This document shows positions 44,140-54,008 of a stretch of 55,420 bases of DNA, in pieces. The DNA is taken from the sequence record SRR22947727_316. One strand, 5' to 3'. The notes beneath the pieces were generated by a model that was not told where the DNA came from, made no database searches, and was given only the letters and a program-made list of their open reading frames with translations. A program made the position numbers and the translations under genes. Position 1 is the stretch's first letter; each line of letters opens with the position of its first letter.

Positions 44140-45618
44140 ATGGCATATATTGTTAACAAATTTAATGGAACACTGATAGCAACTGTAGAAGACGGTACTA
44201 TTGACAACACAACTAATCTACGTTTTATAGGTAAAAATTATGCTGGATACGGCGAAATCCAAAATGAAAACTTTTTACACCTATTAGAAAACTTTGCTAG
44301 TGGTAGTCAACCAAGTCGTCCTATGGGTGGACAAATATGGTTTGATACATCTTTAAGTAAATTAAAGTTTTATGATGGAACAAAATTCAGAACAACAGGC
44401 GGTGCTGAAGTTAGTGCCACTGCACCAGTAGGATTAACCACTGGTGATTTTTGGTGGGACACAGCAAACAGTCAATTGTATGCTTGGGACGGAACAAGTT
44501 TTGTTCTTGTAGGTCCACAAGGTACAGGTAGCACAGTTACTCAATTTGTTTCAAGACAGATTAGAGATAATTTAAATGCCAATCAACTCATTATTGAAGG
44601 TAAAATTAATAATGATACTGTGATGTTATTCAGTTCAGCAGAATTCACAATAGGTACAACAGATCCATCTAACCAAATTACAGGATTCGATGTTGTTAAA
44701 AAAGGTATTACATTAGTAAACACACAGTCAACAACAAATGGTGTTACATCTACAGATCATAGATATTGGGGTACTTCATCCAACTCAGATAGATTGGGTG
44801 GATTTTTAGCCTCAGACTTTATTAGATCAGGAGCAAGTGCTTTTTCTAGTATTGTAAGATTTGGTGATGTAGGATTCACTGTTGGAGATTCAAATGATTT
44901 AAAAGTTTCAATAGTGAATGGTACAGAAGGATCTATTGCCAATGAAATAGGCAGTAAAATTTCTTTAAAAGTTAATGATAGTGGTACTGTTAATGAAATC
45001 GCTTTTGTAAATGCAGACGGTATTCTTCCAGGTACTGGTAATAAAAATTTAGGAATAGTAACAGACAAGTGGTACGAAGTACATGCAAACTATTTTAAAG
45101 GGTTGGCAGACAGTGCTTCAGGTATAGACTTTGGTGCAACAACATATTTAGGTTCTACAAATGCTGTAAACAACACCACAGCATTGAGAGATGCATCAGG
45201 AGAAATCACAGCCAGTGTGTTCAATGGTAGAGCAACACAGGCTTCTTATGCTGACTTGGCTGAGATTTACTCAACAGATAAAGAATACGAAGTTGGAACA
45301 GTAATGGCAATTGGCGGTGACGCAGAAACAACAGCATTCTTTGATGGTGGTCCATTTGGTGGTAATGTGTTTGGAGTTATATCAGGCAATCCTGGTTTCT
45401 TAATGAACAAAGACGCTGAAGGACAAGCAATTGCTTTTGTTGGACGTGTGCCAGTTAAAGTTACAGGTGCAGTTGAAAAAGGTGAAAAAATTTATGCCGC
45501 AGATTTAGGTGTAGGAACAACTACCAAAAAAGGACAATTGGTAGGTTTTGCATTAGAATCAAATTCAGATGAATCCACAAAATTAGTAGAGGTAGCACTA
45601 AGGTTAATAAATAATTAA
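44140..45618 (+). CDS. Tail fibre/spike with C-terminal intramolecular chaperone (peptidase G2/IMC-like)
   Basis: Shared N-terminus; C-terminal YADLAEIY...GVISGNPGFLMN...GRVPVKVTG...GFALE. Confidence 0.75.
   Translation: MAYIVNKFNGTLIATVEDGTIDNTTNLRFIGKNYAGYGEIQNENFLHLLENFASGSQPSRPMGGQIWFDTSLSKLKFYDGTKFRTTGGAEVSATAPVGLTTGDFWWDTANSQLYAWDGTSFVLVGPQGTGSTVTQFVSRQIRDNLNANQLIIEGKINNDTVMLFSSAEFTIGTTDPSNQITGFDVVKKGITLVNTQSTTNGVTSTDHRYWGTSSNSDRLGGFLASDFIRSGASAFSSIVRFGDVGFTVGDSNDLKVSIVNGTEGSIANEIGSKISLKVNDSGTVNEIAFVNADGILPGTGNKNLGIVTDKWYEVHANYFKGLADSASGIDFGATTYLGSTNAVNNTTALRDASGEITASVFNGRATQASYADLAEIYSTDKEYEVGTVMAIGGDAETTAFFDGGPFGGNVFGVISGNPGFLMNKDAEGQAIAFVGRVPVKVTGAVEKGEKIYAADLGVGTTTKKGQLVGFALESNSDESTKLVEVALRLINN
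45606..45613 (+). promoter_or_regulatory. Late promoter AATAAATA
   Basis: Upstream of AAGGA SD and ATG 45635. Confidence 0.45.
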
Positions 45619-45634
45619 GAAGGAATAGAATAAA

Positions 45635-46504
45635 ATGGCTTTAGTAACTGCGAATAGATTCAATACATTAAGACAGCAAATAGACAACGTGTTAGGAAAT
45701 GGTTCAGGTGACACTGGATATGGACAAACACTTACAACTCAGTCTGTACAAGTTGGCGATTTGATCAACGCAACGAACATCAATAACTCATACGAAGATT
45801 TAAGAAAAGCATACAAACACCAAACTGGTGGCAATCCATCAACAAATGTAATTCAAGCAGTCAATCAAGGTGACTTGATCAAAGAAAATGATGGTGTTAG
45901 TTACACAGGTTGGGATCAATACGAAGCATTAGCGACAACAATCAGCACAAATAGATTAACAGTTCATACAACTCAACAAGTTGTTGAAACTGCTTTACCT
46001 AACACAAGAAGTTCGTGGAATGGAACAATTACTCTTATTGTGAACGTAAATTTTACATCTGCAGACGCTAGAAGATATTATTTTAACTCAGGTGGATATA
46101 TTCAAATTTCATCCAGTACATCAGACAGCAGTTCAAAAGGTAGTTCTTGGAATTCAGTAATGGGTGGAAATCTTAAATTTGGTGCTCATGCAACCACTCA
46201 CACAGGAAACGGTACAGTGGATGGAGCGGCAATAGGAAATTTTGAATTAACAGGATCCTCACAAAGACTATTATCAAACTTTGATGCAGGTGGTGGAGCA
46301 TATGCTCAAAACGATTATTATGTAGATGTAATTCAATCAAGTGCTACTCAAATCACATTCACAGTAACTTGGAGAGACGAATCAGGTGGTAATCCAGATG
46401 AAGATATTTCTAATTTAACATCTAACTTCTACACAGCAACAGCAATCACAGATGTAATTGGTACTGCACCAGGAGTTGTGCGTGGTTCTGGCGATAATTT
46501 CTAA
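45635..46504 (+). CDS. Virion structural protein
   Basis: G/S/T/N-rich, with LGNGSGDTGYGQ and ARRYYFNSGG; last gene of the late tail operon. Confidence 0.6.
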   Translation: MALVTANRFNTLRQQIDNVLGNGSGDTGYGQTLTTQSVQVGDLINATNINNSYEDLRKAYKHQTGGNPSTNVIQAVNQGDLIKENDGVSYTGWDQYEALATTISTNRLTVHTTQQVVETALPNTRSSWNGTITLIVNVNFTSADARRYYFNSGGYIQISSSTSDSSSKGSSWNSVMGGNLKFGAHATTHTGNGTVDGAAIGNFELTGSSQRLLSNFDAGGGAYAQNDYYVDVIQSSATQITFTVTWRDESGGNPDEDISNLTSNFYTATAITDVIGTAPGVVRGSGDNF

Positions 46505-46511
46505 TCTATAG

Positions 46512-46540
46512 TTGACTTATATCCAAAAATCAAGTATAAT
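46512..46540 (+). promoter_or_regulatory. Sigma70-type promoter TTGACT-17-TATAAT
   Basis: -35 at 46512-46517, -10 at 46535-46540; heads the enzyme island. Confidence 0.8.
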
Positions 46541-46552
46541 ATTTTTAATATT

Positions 46553-46888
46553 ATGGATGAATCCTTATCAAAATCTTTGGAATACGCAGAGCGTCTAAGC
46601 ACGTTCAACAATCAAATAAAACTGTTAAAAGAACAGTGTCTTGAGAATAATATCTTGTACACTCAAGGACATCAATTTACTGTTGATCTCAATCTAATCA
46701 ACTATTGTTTAACATTGATGAACATCAAAAAAACTAATGAAGCAATTTTTCTTGATGATTACAAACTTCCGGTAAAAATCACAGACATCAACTCCTTTCA
46801 CAACAATATTACTGACTTGTATCAACGTAATCTAAATCAGTACTTTGTGGAATACAATCAATTGGTGAAAGATAAAGGTGAGATCTAA
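46553..46888 (+). CDS. Hypothetical protein
   Basis: 111-aa ORF directly after the sigma70 promoter. Confidence 0.7.
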   Translation: MDESLSKSLEYAERLSTFNNQIKLLKEQCLENNILYTQGHQFTVDLNLINYCLTLMNIKKTNEAIFLDDYKLPVKITDINSFHNNITDLYQRNLNQYFVEYNQLVKDKGEI

Positions 46889-46890
46889 TC

Positions 46891-47703
46891 ATGACCAAAG
46901 GAGTTTTGCTTTTTGCACACAACAACAGCACTGTGGATTATGTCAAACAGGCTAATTTTTGTGCAGGACAAATAAAGAAACATCTTGATTTGCCAGTGTG
47001 TTTGATTACGTCAGACAAATTCAATGAAGATCACAATAATTTTAATCATGTGATTGTGGTAAAAAAGCCAATCACTACTCAAACTAGAACATTCAATAAT
47101 GCTACACAACGTTATGAAGATTTCTGGAACAACACTTCAAGACCCGATGCGTACTCTTTAACACCATATGATGAAACCATTGTGATGGACACAGACTATG
47201 TGGTAGCAAACAACAATCTTAACAAAGTGTTTGACAGCAAGGAAGACTTTTTAATTAATTACAAAGCACAACACATAGACTTTGAATCCAGATACACTGA
47301 GGAAATGAAATACATAAGCGATACTGGTATTGAAATGTGTTGGGCCACAGTGTTTTATTTTAAGAAAACTGAAAGAACTAAAATTTTATTTGAATTAATT
47401 AATCATGTAAAAAATGAATGGGAATTTTATAGGTTCAAATATCAAATTATGAACACAATTTACAGAAACGACTTTGCATTTGCTGTGGCAATTCATATGA
47501 TTAATAATTTTGATAAAACCGATTGGCCCAAACAACTGCCAGGCAAACTATTTTATACCACAGACAAAGATAAGGTAAACTCGTACGTGGATAATAAATG
47601 GAGTTTTACATTTGAACGAGGAACGAAATGTCAAATAAAAGATATGAACATACACATAATGAACAAAATAGGATTGAATAAAATTATAGATCAACATGAA
47701 TAG
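46891..47703 (+). CDS. GT-A fold glycosyltransferase-like protein (GT8-like)
   Basis: KGVLLFA, LPVCLIT, LTPYDETIVMDTD (DxD) and YRNDFAFAVA. Confidence 0.7.
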   Translation: MTKGVLLFAHNNSTVDYVKQANFCAGQIKKHLDLPVCLITSDKFNEDHNNFNHVIVVKKPITTQTRTFNNATQRYEDFWNNTSRPDAYSLTPYDETIVMDTDYVVANNNLNKVFDSKEDFLINYKAQHIDFESRYTEEMKYISDTGIEMCWATVFYFKKTERTKILFELINHVKNEWEFYRFKYQIMNTIYRNDFAFAVAIHMINNFDKTDWPKQLPGKLFYTTDKDKVNSYVDNKWSFTFERGTKCQIKDMNIHIMNKIGLNKIIDQHE

Positions 47704-48517
47704 AGGTTTTATATTATTTGTACAGAAGAACGATGTTTGTGATTATCTTAAACAAGCAGTCGCTTGTAGTTTAAGCATTAAAAAATTTATGCCCAACGAG
47801 CAAGTGTGTTTGATCACTGATATTGTTGTCCCTGAAAACTATCAAAAGCACTTTGATATAATCAAAGACATACCCGGAGATGATCTAGCAGTCGACAGTG
47901 ACTGGAAAGTTAATAATAGATGTAAAATTTATAATACCAGTCCATTTGACCAATCTATTGTGATAGATGTAGATATGCTGTTGTTGGAAAACATAGAACA
48001 TTGGTGGAAACAGTTAAGCAACTATGAATTATATTATACCAATAAAGTAAAAACTTACAGAAATGATTGGGTAACAAGTGATTATTATAGAAAAGTCTTT
48101 GTGGAAAATTCATTACCTAATGTGTATTGTGGATTTCATTATTTTAAAAAATGCAAAAACAACGAAGTATTTTTTAAATTATTAACAGATATAGTGATAA
48201 ACTATGAACAATACAGCAAACGTTTCACAAAAAATAAAACACAGTCTTGGTGTAGTATGGATGTTGCTACTGCAATAGCAATTAAGTTGTTGGGTATACA
48301 ACACAAAGTTTTCAGTAAACATAACAATTTAACATTTACTCACATGAAACCCAAAATACAACACTATCAAAGTCAATTAAAGTTGTGGACTGAACAAATT
48401 GATTACAATCTTAATTCACAAAATGAATTATTTGTAGGCAATATTAAACAACACGGTTTGTTTCACTATGTGGAAGATAATTTTTTAACAGACAAGATGC
48501 TGGAGCAACTACAATGA
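47696..48517 (+). CDS. GT-A fold glycosyltransferase-like protein (paralogue)
   Basis: RGFILF, QVCLITD, SPFDQSIVIDVDML (DxD), FHYFKK and FTHMK. Confidence 0.7.
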   Translation: MNRGFILFVQKNDVCDYLKQAVACSLSIKKFMPNEQVCLITDIVVPENYQKHFDIIKDIPGDDLAVDSDWKVNNRCKIYNTSPFDQSIVIDVDMLLLENIEHWWKQLSNYELYYTNKVKTYRNDWVTSDYYRKVFVENSLPNVYCGFHYFKKCKNNEVFFKLLTDIVINYEQYSKRFTKNKTQSWCSMDVATAIAIKLLGIQHKVFSKHNNLTFTHMKPKIQHYQSQLKLWTEQIDYNLNSQNELFVGNIKQHGLFHYVEDNFLTDKMLEQLQ

Positions 48518-49110
48518 ACATAAGACCGCCGTTAGAATTTGATGTAATACGTCCTGTAGTGAAATATTATTTTCATTTCAATCCAGAATCTAATGAAGTG
48601 CTTGGGTGTAGTGTGCAACAACAAGGACACAGTGTAGAAATTACAGAAGAACTAGCAACACAAGTTCAAAGCGGATCAAAGCAACTATCAGATTATAGAG
48701 TAGTATTCAAAGACACTGAATATGTTGTTGAATCACGGTATGTAGTAAACAACAAACTGCAAACTGATATAAAAACAGACAACCATACTAACAAAGTGGT
48801 TTACGAAATAGTAAAAAATGATAAAGATTCTTGTGTTAGATTTAAACTGGATGTGAAAAATAAAAAATGGAACATCAGTATAGATGATGATTTAAAAAAT
48901 ATAATACAAAACACAGTAAAACAAGACAATAATGTGTTTAAATTTTTTACTACACCACAACACAATACAAGTGTTCCTGATTATTCTTTTGATGTAGACT
49001 TAAAGCAGTTGTGTACTACCGGTGATATTCAATTTGAGCATAAATCTAACCAAACACCCAGATTGTTTTGTAGAAAAATTTACAATTATTCATATGAGGT
49101 AGCACAATGA
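48514..49110 (+). CDS. Hypothetical protein
   Basis: 198-aa ORF overlapping both neighbours by ATGA. Confidence 0.7.
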   Translation: MNIRPPLEFDVIRPVVKYYFHFNPESNEVLGCSVQQQGHSVEITEELATQVQSGSKQLSDYRVVFKDTEYVVESRYVVNNKLQTDIKTDNHTNKVVYEIVKNDKDSCVRFKLDVKNKKWNISIDDDLKNIIQNTVKQDNNVFKFFTTPQHNTSVPDYSFDVDLKQLCTTGDIQFEHKSNQTPRLFCRKIYNYSYEVAQ

Positions 49111-50015
49111 TTTTAAAGGTATCTGATATGGATTTTGTGTTTTTAAGTGTTGATGAACCCAATGCTGAAAAGAATTTTGCTAACTTAAAAAGAAAAATAC
49201 CTTGGGCAAAACGAGTACACGGTGTTAAAGGCTTTGACACAGCACATAAAAAAGCGGCAGAAATATCTGAATCAGATAGATTTATCACAGTTGATGCTGA
49301 CACACAAATACATGACAGTTTTTTGAATGTGATAGTTGACTTAAATTCGTTAGGACTAGACAATACCTATCAATTTAGTTGGTGTGGGAATATCGATCTT
49401 AATGGATTAAGATATGGCAACGGCAGTTTAAAATGTTGGACAAAAGATTTTGTAAAAAATATGAAGACACATGAGAATCATGATGGTGAAGCAGATAGCA
49501 CAAACAAAAATGTAATAGAATTTTGTCATTTTCCAAATTACTATCAGTTTAATGAAAATCATTCAACCAGTTACATAGATGGATCTGCATATCAAGCCTG
49601 GAGAGCAGGATTTAGAGAAGGTGTTAAAATGAGTTTGGATAAAAATGTGCGACAAGCACCAAAAGACTTGTGGTGGCAAAACTATCAAAGATTACTGGTA
49701 TGGATGACAGTGGGTATGGATAATCCTTATGGCATTCATGCTATTCATGGAGCAAGAACAGGTTGTTATCTCACAATGTGTACAGATTGGGATTTCAGTC
49801 AAGCAAATGAATATAGATATTTTGAAAAGTATTGGAAGTTTGAACTTCATGATGATGTTAAAGTTGATTTTTATCAAGACAGTATTGAACTAGGCAAAAA
49901 GATTACTGCTGAGCACGATATTGAATTACCTATTGAACCATTAACTGTGGAACAAAGTAAATTTTTTAAGAAAGTATACCTTAACACTCCAAGAATAATG
50001 AGGAAAACAATTTAA
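49107..50015 (+). CDS. Glycosyltransferase-like protein (DxD)
   Basis: FLSVDEPNA, RVHGVKG..AH, FITVDAD, NGLRYGNG and AWRAGFREGVK. Confidence 0.6.
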   Translation: MILKVSDMDFVFLSVDEPNAEKNFANLKRKIPWAKRVHGVKGFDTAHKKAAEISESDRFITVDADTQIHDSFLNVIVDLNSLGLDNTYQFSWCGNIDLNGLRYGNGSLKCWTKDFVKNMKTHENHDGEADSTNKNVIEFCHFPNYYQFNENHSTSYIDGSAYQAWRAGFREGVKMSLDKNVRQAPKDLWWQNYQRLLVWMTVGMDNPYGIHAIHGARTGCYLTMCTDWDFSQANEYRYFEKYWKFELHDDVKVDFYQDSIELGKKITAEHDIELPIEPLTVEQSKFFKKVYLNTPRIMRKTI

Positions 50016-50704
50016 TGTACGATATTGTGTTTATAAGTTACAACGAAGCATTGGCAGATCACAATTATAAAACATTGTGTGAACGTTTTCCTATTGCTCA
50101 ACGAGTACAAGGAGTTAAAGGCATCCATCAAGCACACATTGAAGCGGCAAAAGTGTCTGTCACAAAGATGTTTTGGGTAGTTGATGCCGATGCTCAAATA
50201 GTAGAAGATTTTAATTTTGATTATCAAGTAAATGAGTACAATTTAGAAACAGTTCATGTTTGGCAAAGTCGTAATCCTATTAATGATTTACAATACGGAT
50301 ACGGTGGAGTAAAATTATTGCCAAAGCAATTAACATTAGAAATGAACACTGACACAACAGACATGACAACCAGTATATCAAATAATTTTAAAGCAATAAA
50401 GCAAGTATCAAACATAACAGGTTTTAATTCAGACCCATTTAGTGCTTGGAAATCTGCTTTTAGAGAATGTGTTAAGTTAAGTTCTAAAGTAATAGATAGA
50501 CAAGAGAACGATGAAACAGAGCACAGGCTAAACATTTGGTGTAGCAAAGGTGCGAATAGACCTTATGGAGACTTTGCTATTGAAGGTGCAAAACAAGGTA
50601 GAAAGTTTGGAATAGAACACAAAGACAAACTGAATCTTATAAATGATTTTGATTGGTTAAAACAACAATTTAAGGAGACTTGCAGTGTCAGTGAATACTA
50701 CTAG
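50015..50704 (+). CDS. Glycosyltransferase-like protein (paralogue of the preceding gene)
   Basis: FISYNE..A, RVQGVKGIHQAH, FWVVDAD, NDLQYGYGG and AWKSAFRECVK. Confidence 0.6.
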   Translation: MYDIVFISYNEALADHNYKTLCERFPIAQRVQGVKGIHQAHIEAAKVSVTKMFWVVDADAQIVEDFNFDYQVNEYNLETVHVWQSRNPINDLQYGYGGVKLLPKQLTLEMNTDTTDMTTSISNNFKAIKQVSNITGFNSDPFSAWKSAFRECVKLSSKVIDRQENDETEHRLNIWCSKGANRPYGDFAIEGAKQGRKFGIEHKDKLNLINDFDWLKQQFKETCSVSEYY

Positions 50705-51773
50705 AATACCTTTTGAAAATATAACACACGTTGGACAAAGTACCATGATGACTAAGAATTTATTCAATGTGAGTTGGATCTTGGGTAGATTTTGTAATTA
50801 TAATTGTTCATATTGTTGGCCTTATGCTCATAGTAAACAACTGGATCACCGACCACTTGAAGTTTACAAAAATACAATAACTGAGATTAAAAGACAAGCC
50901 AAAGCAAACGGGTTTAACAGTTTTCATTTTAGTTTTTCAGGAGGAGAACCAACAGCATACAAAAGATTTTTACCTTTGATTGGACATTATGCTAATAATG
51001 ACAGAGCAAAATACCAAAGTATACACATGACAACAAATTGTTCTCCCGGAATGAAATGGTGGAAAGTTTGGTTAACAGCAACCGAATCTCTTGTGCGTAG
51101 GAGTATTACAGCAAGTTATCATCATGAATTTGCCGATGAGAAGACATTTGGTGATAAGTTATTAATGCTACAAGAGAACGGAGTACATACTACAATTAAT
51201 CAAGTAATGGTTCCTGAATTGTTTAACGAATTGTATGAAAGATGTGAAAGATTTAATCAACGTGGAATAAATGTAACATTGAAACCTCAAAGTAATGAAT
51301 CTGCTAGTGAAATTGTTAGTGGTTATTCAGAAGAACAAATCAAATTAATGCAACAAGGGTTTCCTTTAAAAAAACATGATGGGTCATCGATACAACAAAT
51401 AACTATGATAGATTTTAAGAAAAACGTTTATCACCTGGATCAAGCAGAAAGATTTAATGCATTCGACTTTAATAAATTTAAAGATTGGACTTGCAATGCT
51501 GGATATCAAAGTTGTATCATAAGAGAGCCAGGTGGAGAAGTAAAAAGAGCATACAGTTGTCATGACGAGCCGTTGGGCACTATTGATGAAGGATTTAATC
51601 TGTTTAAACAAGCAAAAAAATGTATTACACCAACCTGTGTAAGTTCTGCTGATAGCAAAATACCTAAACACAGAAAAAAAGACTTTTTAGAACAGGTTCA
51701 AGTGGATGAAGAAATAGCAGAAATTAGTAGAAAACAATCTAAGCAATTTAAAAAAGAAAGAACAAATGTATAA
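50685..51773 (+). CDS. Radical SAM enzyme with C-terminal Cys (SPASM/twitch-like) domain
   Basis: CNYNCSYC, FSGGEP, TTN, CNAG...C...C...C; GTG start with AAGGAG SD. Confidence 0.9.
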   Translation: MSVNTTRIPFENITHVGQSTMMTKNLFNVSWILGRFCNYNCSYCWPYAHSKQLDHRPLEVYKNTITEIKRQAKANGFNSFHFSFSGGEPTAYKRFLPLIGHYANNDRAKYQSIHMTTNCSPGMKWWKVWLTATESLVRRSITASYHHEFADEKTFGDKLLMLQENGVHTTINQVMVPELFNELYERCERFNQRGINVTLKPQSNESASEIVSGYSEEQIKLMQQGFPLKKHDGSSIQQITMIDFKKNVYHLDQAERFNAFDFNKFKDWTCNAGYQSCIIREPGGEVKRAYSCHDEPLGTIDEGFNLFKQAKKCITPTCVSSADSKIPKHRKKDFLEQVQVDEEIAEISRKQSKQFKKERTNV

Positions 51774-52752
51774 ACTAACAGACATAAAAGATGTTCATTT
51801 AGAAATTACTAGTAAGTGTCAAGCCAAATGTCCAATGTGTCCTAGAAGAATACAAGGAGGACCGCTGAATCCTTTTATACATCTTGATGAAATAACACTG
51901 GATACATTTAAAAAATGGTTTCCTGAGGACTTTATCAAACAAATAGACAGTATGTTTATGTGTGGTAATTTAGGAGATCCTATTGTAAGTAAAGACACAT
52001 TAGAAATATACAAACATCTACGTAAAACAAATCCTTCTATAAGACTTGCTATGCACACAAATGGCAGTGCTAGGGACACTGAATGGTGGACAAAATTAGC
52101 ACATGAAAAAGTAAAAGTAACTTTTGGATTAGATGGGTTGGAAGACACCAATCATTTGTATCGTATATCTACAGATTTTAATAAAATTATCGAAAATGCC
52201 AAAGCATTCATTGGTGCAGGCGGATTTGCCAAATGGCATATGTTGGTGTTTAAGCACAACGAACATCAAGTTGAACAAGCAGAACAAATGAGTAAAGAGT
52301 TAGGATTTAAAATGTTTTCATCAAAACATACTTCTAGATTTAAAAATGATTATCTACAAGTTATAGATGAGGAAGGTAAACCTTTACACAAATTAGAACC
52401 CACACAAAAAAGTACCAATATGATTCCGCTAATTGAAAAATCACAAAAAGAAACCACTCCTACCATTGTGTGTAAAGCAGTGAAAAACAGTCAGTTGTAT
52501 GTGAGTGCTTGTGGTAATGTTTCGCCATGTTGTTGGTTAGACATGGAATGGATTCCGCCTATGCAAGAAAGCAGAATAGATTATATGACAAGAATTGGCG
52601 AGTTTCCAAATCTAAATAAAAACAGTTTAAAAGAAATCTTTGAAAATGGACACTTTGACAAGATAGAACAAACGTGGGGTCACACACCATTACAAGAATG
52701 TGGCAAACAGTGTGGATCTTTTGATAAACTAGGAGCTCAATTTGAAAGTTAA
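51766..52752 (+). CDS. Radical SAM enzyme with SPASM/twitch domain
   Basis: CQAKCPMC, GNLGDP, HTNG, FGLDG, GNVSPCC and C..QC. Confidence 0.9.
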   Translation: MYKLTDIKDVHLEITSKCQAKCPMCPRRIQGGPLNPFIHLDEITLDTFKKWFPEDFIKQIDSMFMCGNLGDPIVSKDTLEIYKHLRKTNPSIRLAMHTNGSARDTEWWTKLAHEKVKVTFGLDGLEDTNHLYRISTDFNKIIENAKAFIGAGGFAKWHMLVFKHNEHQVEQAEQMSKELGFKMFSSKHTSRFKNDYLQVIDEEGKPLHKLEPTQKSTNMIPLIEKSQKETTPTIVCKAVKNSQLYVSACGNVSPCCWLDMEWIPPMQESRIDYMTRIGEFPNLNKNSLKEIFENGHFDKIEQTWGHTPLQECGKQCGSFDKLGAQFES

Positions 52753-53347
52753 TATTACAGATGTGATGTTTTGGATGGATGCAATTAGACAGTCTGATGA
52801 TACACATCGTACATTGGAAAGTTTTTGGAAAGGTCAAATCAACAGTAAAGTTTGGTTAATAGATTACTTGGAAAAACATCAACAAACACTTCCTTATAAC
52901 ATTTTATTATGTGGCGGTTGGAACGGTGTGTTAGCAACATTATTATTTAATAGTGAATTAGATATCACTCGAATCGTTAGTATGGATATAGACAGTGAAT
53001 GCGAACAAGTAGCAAACACAATGAATAAAGATTATGAAATACAAGGAAGATTTCAAGCAATTACATCAGACATGTTGACGTATAAAGATTATAACAAGCA
53101 CAATCTAATTATTAATACTGTGTGCGAACATATGACACCAACACAATACACTGAATGGTTGGATAAGTTGCCAAACAATAAAAGAATTGTTTTACAAAGC
53201 AATGATTTCTTCGAATGTGAAGAACATGTGAATTGTAAAAAGACTCTGGAAGAATTTGAAAAAGACTGCGGACTTGTTGTTGATTCAAGTGCTTCTCTGT
53301 CTACAGAAAAATATAACAGGTTTATGATTATAGGACATAAGAAATAA
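52742..53347 (+). CDS. Class I SAM-dependent methyltransferase-like protein
   Basis: ILLCGGWNG, VSMDID, TSDM and IINTVCEH; TTG start with AGGAG SD. Confidence 0.7.
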   Translation: MKVNITDVMFWMDAIRQSDDTHRTLESFWKGQINSKVWLIDYLEKHQQTLPYNILLCGGWNGVLATLLFNSELDITRIVSMDIDSECEQVANTMNKDYEIQGRFQAITSDMLTYKDYNKHNLIINTVCEHMTPTQYTEWLDKLPNNKRIVLQSNDFFECEEHVNCKKTLEEFEKDCGLVVDSSASLSTEKYNRFMIIGHKK

Positions 53348-53348
53348 T

Positions 53349-54008
53349 ATGGATACAGCAACCAAAGTTTTTAACAAATTCAAAGATGGCAGTTTGCCTT
53401 GGTTAGAACTGGATATAAATTTTATGGAGTATCTAGACGCAAAAGAATTTGATAATGTAAATGGTCATTATGTAGAGCACAGAGAAGATGAAACTCATAA
53501 CGGTTGGGAAAGTTGTTGTCTGCATGGGTTAGGTGTGGACAAAACAAGAGTTGCAAAGGAATATGGATATGAAGACGAACTGAATGCTCCATATACGTGG
53601 ACCAGTCTGCAACAAGTTACTCCAACAGCGAAAAAGTTTTGGGAAGACTTTCCAGCAGAAAAGTACAGTAGAATAAGATTTATGAAATTAAATCCAGGAG
53701 GAAAAATAGATTGGCACAATGATGATCCAGGTCATCCGTTACCTGACGACCTTTGTGAATATTTAATACCCATAAATGTTGCTGTACTACATCCATCATT
53801 TTGTTACATGGAAGTTAAAGATCATGGAATAGTGCCTTGGGAACACGGCAAAGTATTTTTAATTAACATACTAAAAGATCATCAAGTGGTGAACAATGCT
53901 AACGTTGAAAGAATACACATGATTGCTCAAGCACACATTGGCAACAAAAGAAAACAATTTAACGAATTATTAGATAGGAGTATTAAAAAATATGGCATTT
54001 CAATATGA
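53349..54008 (+). CDS. 2OG-Fe(II) oxygenase (Asp/Asn beta-hydroxylase-like)
   Basis: RIRFMKLNPGGKIDWHND (HxD) and HQVVN...ERIHMI (distal His and Arg). Confidence 0.8.
   Translation: MDTATKVFNKFKDGSLPWLELDINFMEYLDAKEFDNVNGHYVEHREDETHNGWESCCLHGLGVDKTRVAKEYGYEDELNAPYTWTSLQQVTPTAKKFWEDFPAEKYSRIRFMKLNPGGKIDWHNDDPGHPLPDDLCEYLIPINVAVLHPSFCYMEVKDHGIVPWEHGKVFLINILKDHQVVNNANVERIHMIAQAHIGNKRKQFNELLDRSIKKYGISI

Noticed and set aside
39872-46504. Diversity-generating retroelement or invertible tail-fibre cassette
   Set aside because: No reverse transcriptase or invertase, and no near-identical template/variable repeat or inverted recombination sites seen by eye.
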